DNA of 64,000 nucleotides from an uncultured Oscillospiraceae bacterium. Its GTDB lineage: Bacteria; Bacillota; Clostridia; Christensenellales; CAG-138. Positions 10,368-20,481 of the stretch are shown piece after piece (position 1 is the first letter of the stretch; each line of letters opens with the position of its first letter). Location: assembly GCA_964467585.1 (NCBI GenBank), contig CAYXRF010000001.1, positions 67,119 to 131,118 of the forward strand. Direction: 5' to 3'. The notes under the pieces are model-generated. The model was not told the origin of the DNA and did not search any database. It was given only the letters and a program-made list of their open reading frames with translations. A program made the position numbers and the translations under genes.

Positions 10368-11837
10368 ATGAATTGTCCGAATTGTGGCGCACAGCTGCCG
10401 GATAACGCAAGGTTCTGCGGAGTCTGCGGCGCAACGGCAGCGCCTCAACAAGCGTCAGCCCAACAGAATAACGGCTTTAAACAGCAGCCCACACAGCAGG
10501 GGCAGGTTCCGCTGCAGCCGCTGCAAGCGCACGTCCCTCAACAGCCGCAGCAGGGGTATGTTCCTCCGCAGCAGCAGGGGTATGTCCCGCCGCAGCAGGG
10601 GTATGTTCCTATGCAGCAAACGGAGACAAAGCCCAAAAAGAAGAAAACGGGGTTGATTATCGGCATAGTCGCTGCGGTAGTCGTTGTTCTTGCCGCCGCG
10701 GGCGTATGCGGCTATCTGTTCTTCCTCAAACCGCTTCTCAACTATAATGAGGCGGTTGACTGCATGAGCGCAGGCAATTATAAAGAGGCGATTACGCTTT
10801 TTGAGCAGGATAAAACCTACAAGAATTCGTCTGATCTGATCGATGAATGCAATTACGGTATCGCGCAAGGTCTGCTAGCTGAAGGCAATTTCGTTGAAGC
10901 GCGTGAGTATTTCACCGCACTCGGTGATTACATGGATTCCGCCGATAAGGTGGTGGAGTGCGATTACGGGTATGCGTGCCTCATTTTAGAGCGCGGCGAG
11001 TTTGAAAAAGCAAAAAAGATGTTTTCCGCAATATCCTCATACAAGGATTCCGCAGACAAAATTAAAGAGTGCGATTATCGCGCAGCGGTTACCATGATGG
11101 AAAACGGTGAGTACGATTCCGCATATGAGTGTCTTAGCGGTATTGCAGGTTACAGCAATGCGAACGAGTTGGCTTTGGAATGCCGCTACAACATTGCCGT
11201 CGCGCTGATGGAGACCGATGTAGAAGCAGCGCTCCAAATTTTCACAGAGCTTGGCGAGCATGGCGACAGCGCGGATATGGTGCTGGAGTGCAAGTATCGC
11301 ATCGCAAAGGGATACATGGAGACAGGCGATTACGAAACTGCGTTTGATATGTTCTCAGATCTTGACAATTACTCAGACGCAAAAGACCTGTATGGTCAAT
11401 GCGCATATCAGCTGGGGCTTCAGGCTTATAACGCCTTCAATTATTCTGACGCCGCTTTCTATTTTGACGAAGCGGACTCTGACGAAGCTGATCACATGAG
11501 TGACATTATCCGCTGGGAGCAGGTTGCCGCGAGGGATTATTTTGAATGGGTGGATATTGGCGCAAGAGAGGATTTGTCGCTTGTATTGTTGAGCGTGTAT
11601 GTATATGTTGACGGGAATGACGAATATATGATACTTCGCGCTTCTGTTGAAGGAGTTGTGTTTTATTCTGTGCTTAAAAACTCAGTTTACAAGGATATAT
11701 GTTGGGAAGATGATCTTTACGAATACACATCCTCGGACGATGGCTATTATGCCTCCGAAATTGTGCTTCAGTATTGGCGTGAAGCAGGTGGTTACGAGCT
11801 TGATGTGGACCATGTGCTTTTCTTCGAGGATAACTGA
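10368..11837 (+). CDS. zinc-ribbon / Q,P-rich linker / single-TM / tandem 37-aa repeat envelope protein
   Basis: The N-terminus is CPNCGAQLPDNARFCGVCG, followed by (QQGYVPP)x3, a KKKK stop-transfer and TM segment, then 6-7 repeats with the pattern Y..A.....G.Y..A...F.....Y.DSAD...EC. A strong RBS (AAGGAGG) precedes the start. Confidence 0.85.
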   Translation: MNCPNCGAQLPDNARFCGVCGATAAPQQASAQQNNGFKQQPTQQGQVPLQPLQAHVPQQPQQGYVPPQQQGYVPPQQGYVPMQQTETKPKKKKTGLIIGIVAAVVVVLAAAGVCGYLFFLKPLLNYNEAVDCMSAGNYKEAITLFEQDKTYKNSSDLIDECNYGIAQGLLAEGNFVEAREYFTALGDYMDSADKVVECDYGYACLILERGEFEKAKKMFSAISSYKDSADKIKECDYRAAVTMMENGEYDSAYECLSGIAGYSNANELALECRYNIAVALMETDVEAALQIFTELGEHGDSADMVLECKYRIAKGYMETGDYETAFDMFSDLDNYSDAKDLYGQCAYQLGLQAYNAFNYSDAAFYFDEADSDEADHMSDIIRWEQVAARDYFEWVDIGAREDLSLVLLSVYVYVDGNDEYMILRASVEGVVFYSVLKNSVYKDICWEDDLYEYTSSDDGYYASEIVLQYWREAGGYELDVDHVLFFEDN

Positions 11838-11850
11838 TTCCATTCGCATT

Positions 11851-11889
11851 GAAGGGGACGGCGCGTAATGCGTCGTTCCTTCTTTTTTT
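11851..11889 (+). terminator. intrinsic terminator after the zinc-ribbon repeat gene
   Basis: GAAGGGGACG...CGTCGTTCCTTC imperfect hairpin followed by T7 (11883-11889). Confidence 0.6.
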
Positions 11890-11974
11890 AAGAATACACA
11901 TCGTTTGTTCTTCATATTGTTAAGCGTTGAGGGATGGATTGTCCTTCTTAAAAAACAAACAGGAGACGAGAGCG

Positions 11975-12886
11975 ATGGAGTACAGACGCAAACGAAGGCG
12001 CGGACGCGGTTACAAAAGAGCGCGGGGCGCAGCGGTAAAGCTTAACGCAAAGGCGGTACGCGCAGTGGTTTTTTTGCTGCTCGCCGCAGTTATTATCTAC
12101 TTACTGTGCGGGACGAGTATAGGTACGTTCATATCGGAGAGGGTGCTTGCGCCCCTTTTTGCAAAAATTGCGCAGCCCACGCCCAAATCGGACGTTCTGA
12201 CGGATCCGACGCCCACGCCGTCAACACCTATTGCAACTGTGCTTACTGCTTCCGGAAGTACAGAGGTTACGCTTCCGGCAATCAATCTGTATATGCTTCA
12301 AATGGGTGTATTCTCATCGCGTGAGAATGCGGAGGACGTTATCGCATCGCTCAAAAGCCTTGGCGCAGCGGGGTACGCGTATGAGGACAACGGCAACATT
12401 CGGGTAATCGCTGCCGCATATGTGGACGAGGCGTCCGCAAAATCCGTTCGAGACAGGCTGACGTCCGAGGGATACAGCTGCACGGTTTACTCCATATCCA
12501 CACGTGGTGCGGAGCTTTTGATCACCGCATCGGAGGAAAGGCTGCTTCCGATTGAAACGGCGTTTACCCTTGCGTATGACAGCGTAAGCGGGCTGTCCGA
12601 AGCCGTGATAGACTTTGATGCTGCATGCCGCACGGTAGAATATGAGCTTGTAATACTTGCAGAGATGCAAACCAACGCACGAAACGCTGCGGGCGCGATT
12701 GAAACGCCTGCTCAAAGCAATGCTCTTTTGATGTGTGTTTATGACTATTATGTCGGCGTTGCGGCTGTGTTAAGCAAGGTACAGCAATCCATCACAGACA
12801 GAACGGAGTTCTCATCATCGCTTAAAAATGCAATGATTGAGGTTTCGCTGCTGTATGTGGATATGCTGAACAGAATTGGGGGATAG
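11975..12886 (+). CDS. SPOR-domain membrane protein
   Basis: Basic N-terminus, one TM and a Pro/Thr linker, then a SPOR-like segment (LQMGVFSSRENAEDVIASLKSLGAAGYAYEDNGNIRVIAAAY). The ATG at 11975 has AGGAG upstream. Confidence 0.75.
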   Translation: MEYRRKRRRGRGYKRARGAAVKLNAKAVRAVVFLLLAAVIIYLLCGTSIGTFISERVLAPLFAKIAQPTPKSDVLTDPTPTPSTPIATVLTASGSTEVTLPAINLYMLQMGVFSSRENAEDVIASLKSLGAAGYAYEDNGNIRVIAAAYVDEASAKSVRDRLTSEGYSCTVYSISTRGAELLITASEERLLPIETAFTLAYDSVSGLSEAVIDFDAACRTVEYELVILAEMQTNARNAAGAIETPAQSNALLMCVYDYYVGVAAVLSKVQQSITDRTEFSSSLKNAMIEVSLLYVDMLNRIGG

Positions 12887-12969
12887 CCAACAATTGCTGT
12901 CGCAAAGTTAAAAACAAAAGCGACGCAAAACAGATGCGCCGCTAAAAATATCGATAACAAGCACGCCCG

Positions 12970-14238
12970 TCATTCTTCGACTCTTTCGATAGACGCGCCC
13001 AAGGCCCTCAGCTTCTGCTCAAAAAACTCGTATCCGCGGTCGATATAGTGAATGTTGCGAACAATGCTCACGCCTTCCGCCGCAAGCGCGGCGACAATCA
13101 GCGCGGCGCCCGCACGAAGGTCGGTTGCGGATATGGTTGCGCCGTATAGCCGCTCAACGCCCTCAATCATTGCAGTCCGTCCGTTTACGGTGATGCTTGC
13201 GCCCATTCTGCAAAGCTCGGGGACGTGGTTAAACCTGTCCTCAAATATGTTTTCAACCACAAAGCTGTTGCCGCACGCAACCGAAAGGAATGCCATCATC
13301 GGCTGCTGCAAATCTGTTGGAAAGCCGGGATAGGGCAGAGTTTTGATATTTATTGCGCGGGGACGGTCAGAAGCGTCAATGTGCAAAAAGAACTCCGAGC
13401 CGTCGTCACCCTCCACCACTCTGACGCCGCTTTCCATAAGCTTTGCGGATATCGCCTCAAGGTGAGTGGGAATTATGTTGTTGATAATAACGCTTCCGCG
13501 AGTTGCGGCGGCGGCGATCATAAACGTGCCCGCCTCAATCTGATCGGGAATAATCGCATAGCTGCACCCGTGCAAATCCTTTCGCCCGCGTATGCGAATT
13601 ACATCCGTGCCGGCGCCCTTAATGGAAGCGCCCATCATGTTGAGAAAGTTTGCAACGTCGACAACGTGCGGTTCCTTGGCAGCGTTTGATATAACCGTCA
13701 TGCCCTCCGCACGACAAGCGGCAAGCATTATGTTGATAGTCGCACCAACGCTTACCATGTCAAGATAAATATCAGCTCCGTGAAGGGTTTGCGCGTTTGC
13801 ATAAACTATGCCGTTGCGTGTGACAACATCCGCGCCCAGCGCACGCATACCCTTGATGTGAAAATCGATAGGACGCGGACCGATTGAGCAGCCGCCCGGC
13901 AGCGAAAGCGCCGCGTGTCCGTAGCGCCCCAGCATCGCACCGAGAAGGTAGTATGAAGCCCTCAGCTTACTAACCATCTCAAAAGTGACCTCAAACTCGT
14001 CAATCGTTGTCGGGTCAATCCGCATACATCCGTTTTCGTTAAGATCGACTCCCGCGCCCATCAGCCGCAGTATCTCAGCAAGCACGCGAACGTCCTCTAT
14101 CATGGGCAGATTCTCAATAATACAGGGCTGACCCGCCAGTATCGCGGCAGGAATTATTGCAAGCGCAGCGTTTTTCGCGCCGCTTATTGTAACCTGCCCC
14201 TCCAATGGCTTGCCGCCGTCGATTTTGTAATACGCCAT
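12970..14238 (-). CDS. murA: UDP-N-acetylglucosamine 1-carboxyvinyltransferase
   Basis: Full-length MurA (YKIDGGKPLEGQVTISGAKNAALAIIPAAILA...), with the catalytic Cys in the LPGGCSIGPRPID loop. Confidence 0.95.
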   Translation of the reverse strand: MAYYKIDGGKPLEGQVTISGAKNAALAIIPAAILAGQPCIIENLPMIEDVRVLAEILRLMGAGVDLNENGCMRIDPTTIDEFEVTFEMVSKLRASYYLLGAMLGRYGHAALSLPGGCSIGPRPIDFHIKGMRALGADVVTRNGIVYANAQTLHGADIYLDMVSVGATINIMLAACRAEGMTVISNAAKEPHVVDVANFLNMMGASIKGAGTDVIRIRGRKDLHGCSYAIIPDQIEAGTFMIAAAATRGSVIINNIIPTHLEAISAKLMESGVRVVEGDDGSEFFLHIDASDRPRAINIKTLPYPGFPTDLQQPMMAFLSVACGNSFVVENIFEDRFNHVPELCRMGASITVNGRTAMIEGVERLYGATISATDLRAGAALIVAALAAEGVSIVRNIHYIDRGYEFFEQKLRALGASIERVEE

Positions 14239-14300
14239 AATACCCTTTCATGCAAGCAAAACGGCGATACAAACGTCGCCGCTCAAAGTGACTACACCCG

Positions 14301-15476
14301 TCAATCCTCAAACGGGATACAGAATAGAGGATTAACGGCAAACCCATCAACGCGTACTTCAAAGTGAAGATGCGGAACGTCCGAGCTGCCGCCCGTACCA
14401 ACCTTGCCGATCGTCTGCCCCTGCAAAACAAGGTCGCCCACGCTGACGGAAGCGGAAGAAAGCTGGGCATACCGCGTTGTGAAGCCGTTGCCGTGATCTA
14501 TTTCGACCATGAGACCATAATCGCCGCGCACCATCACGGAAACAACAGTACCGCCATACACGGAAACAACATCGGCGTCAAGCTCGGCGGCAATGTCAAC
14601 ACCGTGATGAAAGCACCCTCCATACGGACCGTAATAACGGATTATTTCACCGCTTACAGGCATGATAAAGCTCATGTCGCCCATTGAAACGGAGTCGCCA
14701 AAATCGGCGTCGGGAGCATAGCTGTCGCTATATCGTGCGGAGCCAACGCGAATCTCACCCGTCAGAACCTCACGTATCACAGAGGTATCGTTCAACACCA
14801 ATTCAATACGCGTTCCGTTCAGATAACGTGCGGTGTAGCTATTACGATTTATGCCGTCTCTGCCATAAACTGTTACAATCCTTGCGCCAAGGGGAAGCGA
14901 GCTGTCCGTGACCTCGCCAACCTCATGGGGAACAATCTCATCCTCAGTAAAAGAAGCGATGCTTTCATAAACAAGAGGCGTTTCCGCACCCGTCAAAAGT
15001 GCATAACCCGTATCATAATCGGTAACGACAGAATTACCCTGAGCCGTCACAAGAGAGACGTTGTTCTTTAAAATTGTAACCGCGTTGGTTGGAATCGCAT
15101 CCAAACCTGCAAAATAAAGCTGCACGTTGAGCATCAGCTCCTCAGCCGCCTGATAGCTTGAAAGCACAAGCACCCTTTCGCCGTCTACTACAATAGCTGT
15201 TTTGACATATCTGTCCGAAACCGAGGTTGTGGGGGACGGCAATGACGATGGGGAAGGGAATGCGGAATCATCCGGCAGCTGTGAGGCTTCAGCGGGAGAG
15301 GGCGAAACCTCAGTCTGCGGCGTTGGGGTCGCAGCCACATCGACATTCGACCTCCCGCTTTGCCGCACAAGCAAAACAACGACTGCGCTGATCATCATAA
15401 GTGCGACAAGCGACACAACAACAATCCATACGTGTCGTTCGGAAGGAGCGCTCGATTTTTGCTTCAAGATTCTCAT
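14301..15476 (-). CDS. membrane-anchored M23 (LytM) metallopeptidase with G5-like domain
   Basis: The order is TM, S/P-rich linker, G5-like segment (...GRDGINRNSYTARYLNGTRIE...GEIRVG), then an M23 domain with intact HHGVD and HLHFE zinc motifs. I chose the internal ATG at 15476. Confidence 0.85.
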   Translation of the reverse strand: MRILKQKSSAPSERHVWIVVVSLVALMMISAVVVLLVRQSGRSNVDVAATPTPQTEVSPSPAEASQLPDDSAFPSPSSLPSPTTSVSDRYVKTAIVVDGERVLVLSSYQAAEELMLNVQLYFAGLDAIPTNAVTILKNNVSLVTAQGNSVVTDYDTGYALLTGAETPLVYESIASFTEDEIVPHEVGEVTDSSLPLGARIVTVYGRDGINRNSYTARYLNGTRIELVLNDTSVIREVLTGEIRVGSARYSDSYAPDADFGDSVSMGDMSFIMPVSGEIIRYYGPYGGCFHHGVDIAAELDADVVSVYGGTVVSVMVRGDYGLMVEIDHGNGFTTRYAQLSSASVSVGDLVLQGQTIGKVGTGGSSDVPHLHFEVRVDGFAVNPLFCIPFED

Positions 15477-15583
15477 GGTGATATTATACAGCAATATGCG
15501 TAAATTGCAAGCACGGTTAAAACGATGCAATTAACTGACAAAAACGATGGCGCACCAAAGGAATGCTCCGTATGCGTCAAAAG

Positions 15584-16330
15584 CTATATTGAGGCTCCCA
15601 CAATAAGCTTTTCAGCGTTAAATTTGGTTATTGCATCAACATATGAGGCGTCTCCGGATTTGTACATCCACTTTATGGCGGGCATAAGATATGGCACACG
15701 CAGATCATCACCGTGCGCGTCCGTAGCGACAAAATGTATCTGCTGATGTTCAAACATCTGCCGCGCAAGCTTTTTGAAAGGACGGGTACGCTCCAGCATA
15801 AGACTGAAGGCGTTAACCTGGATGAGGATACCATCGGAAACCATCCTGTCAATCAGCTTTGGATTTTCAACAAGCCCAAAATGACGTTCGGCGTGGGCAA
15901 GCACGGGAATAAAGCCCTGCGCCTTAATGTAAAGCAAATCATCATATATATCCCTGCCGCGCTCCAAAGGGTCAAATTCAATAAGTGCGTACTGCGTTCC
16001 GTTAAGCGTGCAGGCGCGACCTTCGCGTATCCACATTGGCATATCACGCTGACAAAAAAGCTCGTTTCCGCGATACAGCTGCATATCAGGATATTGCTCC
16101 GCCGCAAATAGCTTCAGCTTTGTGAACTGAGCGTCAACGAACTGCTTTGGACGTACAACCTTGCCAAGTTCGCCATAATGAGGCGTGCATATTATCGCCC
16201 GCACACCCTCATCATGCTCCATTTTAAGCATATTCAAAGCCATACGCATATTTGCCGCACCGTCGTCAACGTCGGGCAATATGTGAATGTGTATGTCTAT
16301 GTATCCTTCGGTCATCATAACAATCATCAA
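15584..16330 (-). CDS. CpsB/YwqE-type PHP-family protein-tyrosine phosphatase
   Basis: IDIHIHILPDVDDGA at the N-terminus plus later His motifs. The exact start among M1, M2, M5 and M6 is uncertain. There is no SD; a TGgTATAAT box sits immediately upstream. Confidence 0.8.
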   Translation of the reverse strand: MMIVMMTEGYIDIHIHILPDVDDGAANMRMALNMLKMEHDEGVRAIICTPHYGELGKVVRPKQFVDAQFTKLKLFAAEQYPDMQLYRGNELFCQRDMPMWIREGRACTLNGTQYALIEFDPLERGRDIYDDLLYIKAQGFIPVLAHAERHFGLVENPKLIDRMVSDGILIQVNAFSLMLERTRPFKKLARQMFEHQQIHFVATDAHGDDLRVPYLMPAIKWMYKSGDASYVDAITKFNAEKLIVGASI

Positions 16331-16464
16331 TTATACCATAAACGTCATTCGCCGTAAATACCTTGATAATGACATTTTTTGCGTATCTGAGCGCAAAATA
16401 TTGAAAAAATGATGCATGGACGATATTTCGCCTTGACCATAGCATATGAGCAGTGCTGACGCAC

Positions 16465-16504
16465 AAAAAAAAGGGCGGCCGCAGAAACAACCGCGAACGC
16501 CCTT
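16465..16504 (-). terminator. intrinsic terminator after the lipoprotein gene
   Basis: On the minus strand, AAGGGCG...CGCCCTT (7 bp, long loop) is followed by a T9 run. Confidence 0.5.
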
Positions 16505-16561
16505 TATAAGTTACATCAAAACCAAATTGTGTTTGCCCTTTGCAGCATCGCAAGCATAAGC

Positions 16562-17746
16562 TTACGGCTGAACAAAAGTGCCGAGAGAGGTGGGGGAGTC
16601 GGTATAGTCGATCACCTCATACAGAACCTCCATTGGGGTGGAGCTGTCTGAATCGGTATTTTCGCTGTAACGGAACAGCAAGCCCGTTTGCGGGTCAAAC
16701 GCAAATTCGTACTCAGACCACAGAGAGGAATTGTACAGCACCTGACAGGTAACACCGGCTATCACGACAGAATCGGTCATAACGATGTTTTCGCCCAAGC
16801 CATAGTGGTAGTTTGTCGGCCCAAAGCTTGAACCGAGATTGTAGTCCTTGCACATCTGAAGATATGTGGATATGCCTGCGCTGTCATAGGCTTCTTTATC
16901 GACGTAGTCCTCAAGGTATTCCTCAAGAGTTTTATTGGAGTAGCCGAGATTGTCGGTTTGACGCGGCGTAGAATCGGAGCCGCCCCACATGTAGTAGCAG
17001 TATGAACCATCGCTTTGAAGCACTGCGGCGGTGTAAGAGACAGAACCGGAATAGTCTTCCTGCTCTGTGCTGTCATAGCAGAAGAACCAACTGCCATTGT
17101 AACGGCAAATCGTCTGTTTGAGACCGTAGGACATCCTCCAAGTTATACTGAAGTTTTCAGGGAACGCATCCAGCGCACTGTCTCCTTCAATTATGACGGG
17201 CATATTTGCGGAGCTTTCGGCAATGTAAGCGGCGGTATAGAAGCTTGGCGCATGAGTAAGAGAAAACTCGTATTCGTTGTCGCCCTCTTCAATGTAGCCG
17301 AGCGTAAGCCCCACATTTTTGAAGCCAACCTTTTTTGTCCAGGTATTACCCCACAGCGTAAAGTTTTCTGTAAATCCGAGGGGCAAAAGCTGGTCGGAGA
17401 TATGAGCGGAAAGCTCACTGTAACCCATATCCGGATCTGTAATCGTCCAAGTATCGCTGAAGAAGCCATATTCGTCCGCAGGCTTGTAGGAATACCCTGT
17501 ACCTCCGCAAAGCGAAATAGAGTTGACGCCAAATATGCTGAGATAAGCGACAATGGCGTTTTCAACATCAGCTTGGGAGGATACATCGCCGACAACAATC
17601 GGATTGTCGGGTGTGGAAGGATCCGTCGGGGCGGTGGTGACTTTATCGGAGTCACTGTCGCCATCATTGTGTGAATTTGAGTTGGAACATCCAAATACGG
17701 CAACAAGCAGCAGCATTGACAACAAAAGCGCAATAAGCTTTTTCAT
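16562..17746 (-). CDS. hypothetical lipoprotein (394 aa)
   Basis: Signal peptide and lipobox (MKKLIALLLSMLLLVAVFGCSNS), then a D/S/T/P-rich linker. I recognise no family. Confidence 0.75.
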   Translation of the reverse strand: MKKLIALLLSMLLLVAVFGCSNSNSHNDGDSDSDKVTTAPTDPSTPDNPIVVGDVSSQADVENAIVAYLSIFGVNSISLCGGTGYSYKPADEYGFFSDTWTITDPDMGYSELSAHISDQLLPLGFTENFTLWGNTWTKKVGFKNVGLTLGYIEEGDNEYEFSLTHAPSFYTAAYIAESSANMPVIIEGDSALDAFPENFSITWRMSYGLKQTICRYNGSWFFCYDSTEQEDYSGSVSYTAAVLQSDGSYCYYMWGGSDSTPRQTDNLGYSNKTLEEYLEDYVDKEAYDSAGISTYLQMCKDYNLGSSFGPTNYHYGLGENIVMTDSVVIAGVTCQVLYNSSLWSEYEFAFDPQTGLLFRYSENTDSDSSTPMEVLYEVIDYTDSPTSLGTFVQP

Positions 17747-18047
17747 GGTGTAACACCTCATGTAATATAATATGGGATGCGACATCTATACAATATGTGC
17801 CCAAAACACATTTCAAACATATAATACCAGGATTGGAACGGCTTGTAAATAGTTTTTGTGACACAAAAAAACAGAGTATAAGTTTCAGCCGTGCAAGTCG
17901 GGCAACCCAATCGCAACAATTGCAAACGCAGGTATAATATGTTATACTTATAATGGTGTGTTATACACGATAAAACTATCGTATTATTTGAACGAGGCTT
18001 ATTGAAAGGGAATGCGTTGTTTGTGACGCAAAGTGGTATTGGATAGC

Positions 18048-19094
18048 ATGAGGATTGCCGTACTGTGCGGCGGGCTTAGCCCCGAAAGGGATGTATCTTT
18101 ATCAACGGGAGCAATGGTCGCCGCCGCTCTGAGATCGGGCGAGCATCAGGTTGCCGTTGTGGATTCAGCAGCGGATTATGACGATGATATAATGTCATAT
18201 TTTTCATCCGCACCTGTGGAGAATGCCGACGGTGCGATTGCCGACGTGGCTCCGGATATTGACGCCTTGCGCAGGTCACGCAAGAGCTTCTTCGGCAAAA
18301 ATGTCATCGGGATATGTCAGGCGGCGGATATTGTTTTTAACGCTCTGCATGGTGAGGAGGGCGAGGACGGCAGGCTTCAGGCTGCGTTTGATATGCTCGG
18401 CATACGCTACACGGGCAGCGGCGCAAAAGGGAGTATGCTTGCGATGGATAAGCTGCTTACAAAGCAGATATTATCCCTTGTGCCTCAAGCGGTGCGGATT
18501 CCGAGGGGCGCGGTTGTAAGACGCGAACGCTTTGGCGTTGAAGGTTTGCCGTCCGGGCTGGAGGTACTGGGTATGCCGCTGGTGGTAAAGCCCGTAAGCG
18601 GCGGCTCATCGGTTGGTGTATCAATTGTAAAATCCGAGGATGAGCTTATAACCGCTTTGCAGCTTGCGTTCCGCTATGAGGACAGGGTGCTCATCGAGGA
18701 ATACATTGAGGGGAGGGAGTTTTCTGTCGGCGTGGTTGGAGACCTTGTGCTTCCCGCGATAGAGATTCGTCCCAAGCATGGCTTTTATGACTATCGCAAC
18801 AAATATCAAAAAGGGCTCACGGACGAAATCTGTCCGGCGGATATCGATAAAGAAACATCTGTAAGGATGCAGCGCATGGCGGGCATAACCTACACGGCAC
18901 TGTCGCTTTCCGCATACGCAAGGATTGATTTTATAATGACGAACAAAGGCGTTATATATTGTCTCGAAGCAAATACGCTTCCGGGAATGACGCCCGTAAG
19001 TCTGCTTCCTCAGGAGGCGGCGGCTGCGGGAATGAGCTTTGAGGCACTCTGCGAAAGGATTATCGCAGAGAGCATCAAACTTGAAAGAAAATGA
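18048..19094 (+). CDS. ddl: D-alanine--D-alanine ligase
   Basis: MRIAVLCGGLSPERDVSLSTG... ATP-grasp Ddl. I prefer the ATG at 18048 over the GTG at 18033. It overlaps the murF start by 4 nt. Confidence 0.92.
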   Translation: MRIAVLCGGLSPERDVSLSTGAMVAAALRSGEHQVAVVDSAADYDDDIMSYFSSAPVENADGAIADVAPDIDALRRSRKSFFGKNVIGICQAADIVFNALHGEEGEDGRLQAAFDMLGIRYTGSGAKGSMLAMDKLLTKQILSLVPQAVRIPRGAVVRRERFGVEGLPSGLEVLGMPLVVKPVSGGSSVGVSIVKSEDELITALQLAFRYEDRVLIEEYIEGREFSVGVVGDLVLPAIEIRPKHGFYDYRNKYQKGLTDEICPADIDKETSVRMQRMAGITYTALSLSAYARIDFIMTNKGVIYCLEANTLPGMTPVSLLPQEAAAAGMSFEALCERIIAESIKLERK

Positions 19095-20470
19095 TAGACA
19101 TTACCATTAACGAGATAGCCCACGCCATATCCGCGCAGATATTCGGCACAGGCAATACTGACGCGTGCGTTGGGTCGATAACCATCGACAGCAGGCAAGT
19201 CAAGCCGAACGGTGTTTTTATCGCTTTGAAGGGTGAACGCTTCGATGGGCATGATTTTGTCGGCGGCGCACAAATGGCGGGATGCACAGCGGCGATTGTC
19301 GAACACACTGTGCCCGTTTCCGATTCGGATTTTATCCAGCTGAAGGTTGAATCCACGTTCGCGGCAGTAGGTGCGCTTGGTGCGTATATCCGTGAGAAGT
19401 CCAACGTTTTTGTTGTGGGCATAACAGGCAGTGTCGGCAAAACAAGCACAAAGGAGCTGACCGCCGCCGTGCTTTCACAATCGTTTAACGTGCTTAAGAC
19501 AGACGGCAATTTCAACAACGAGCTTGGGCTGCCGCGCACTCTTTTCGGGCTTGAGCCGTATATTGACGTTGCGGTGCTTGAGATGGGCATTAGCCACTTT
19601 GGCGAGATGTCAAGGCTTTCCGCAATCGCAAAACCGGATGCTGCGGTTATCACCAACATTGAAAACGTCCATACGGAGCATCTTATCGACCGCGATGGGG
19701 TTCTCAGCGCAAAAACAGAAATCGTATCAAGCATGCGCGGACGCATCCTGATTTTGAACGGAGACGATGATAAGCTTCGTGCGTATATCCCGCCAAAAGG
19801 ATTCAAGCGCATATATTACGGCCTGTCGGACGGATGTGATGTTACAGCGCGTGATATTATTCAAACTGATATTGAGCATACGCGGTTCACGCTTATGGTT
19901 AACGGATGCAATACAACGGTTGATTTGCCTTCATCGGGCAATCACATGGTGCTAAACGCACTTGCGGCAGCGGCGGTGGGCGATGCAGTGGGGCTGGATG
20001 TGCAATCAATCGCAAGAGGTATTGCAAATTATTCCACCGTGGGAAGCCGTATGCGGATAATCCGCACGGGCAGCGCAACAATCATTGACGATTGCTATAA
20101 CGCAAGCCCCGCCTCAGTATTGGCGGCGCTTAATGTGTTGAGCAACTCAAAAGGCAGAAAGCTTGCCTTGCTTGGAGATATGCTTGAGCTTGGGCAAAAT
20201 ACCGAGGAGCTTCACAGGCAGGCGGGCGCGGAGGCGGCAAGGCTTGGCGTAAGCGTGCTGTTTACTTTGGGCGAGCGCGGCAAAGACATAGCGGCAGGCG
20301 CGGAGGAAAACGGCGTGCGGGATGTTCGCAGGATTGAAAGAGAGCACGCTGCGGAAATAATTCTTAATGAGCTGCATGAGGGTGACACGCTGCTTATCAA
20401 GGCGTCACACGGAATGCATCTTGAGGGTATAGCACGTCAGATAGCCGATGGGATAGAAACTGACCGATAG
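19091..20470 (+). CDS. murF: UDP-N-acetylmuramoyl-tripeptide--D-alanyl-D-alanine ligase
   Basis: Mur ligase with ITGSVGKTSTKE P-loop and the MurF N-terminal domain (IDSRQVKPNGVFIALKGERFDGHDF). Confidence 0.93.
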   Translation: MIDITINEIAHAISAQIFGTGNTDACVGSITIDSRQVKPNGVFIALKGERFDGHDFVGGAQMAGCTAAIVEHTVPVSDSDFIQLKVESTFAAVGALGAYIREKSNVFVVGITGSVGKTSTKELTAAVLSQSFNVLKTDGNFNNELGLPRTLFGLEPYIDVAVLEMGISHFGEMSRLSAIAKPDAAVITNIENVHTEHLIDRDGVLSAKTEIVSSMRGRILILNGDDDKLRAYIPPKGFKRIYYGLSDGCDVTARDIIQTDIEHTRFTLMVNGCNTTVDLPSSGNHMVLNALAAAAVGDAVGLDVQSIARGIANYSTVGSRMRIIRTGSATIIDDCYNASPASVLAALNVLSNSKGRKLALLGDMLELGQNTEELHRQAGAEAARLGVSVLFTLGERGKDIAAGAEENGVRDVRRIEREHAAEIILNELHEGDTLLIKASHGMHLEGIARQIADGIETDR

Positions 20471-20481
20471 GGGGTACACAG

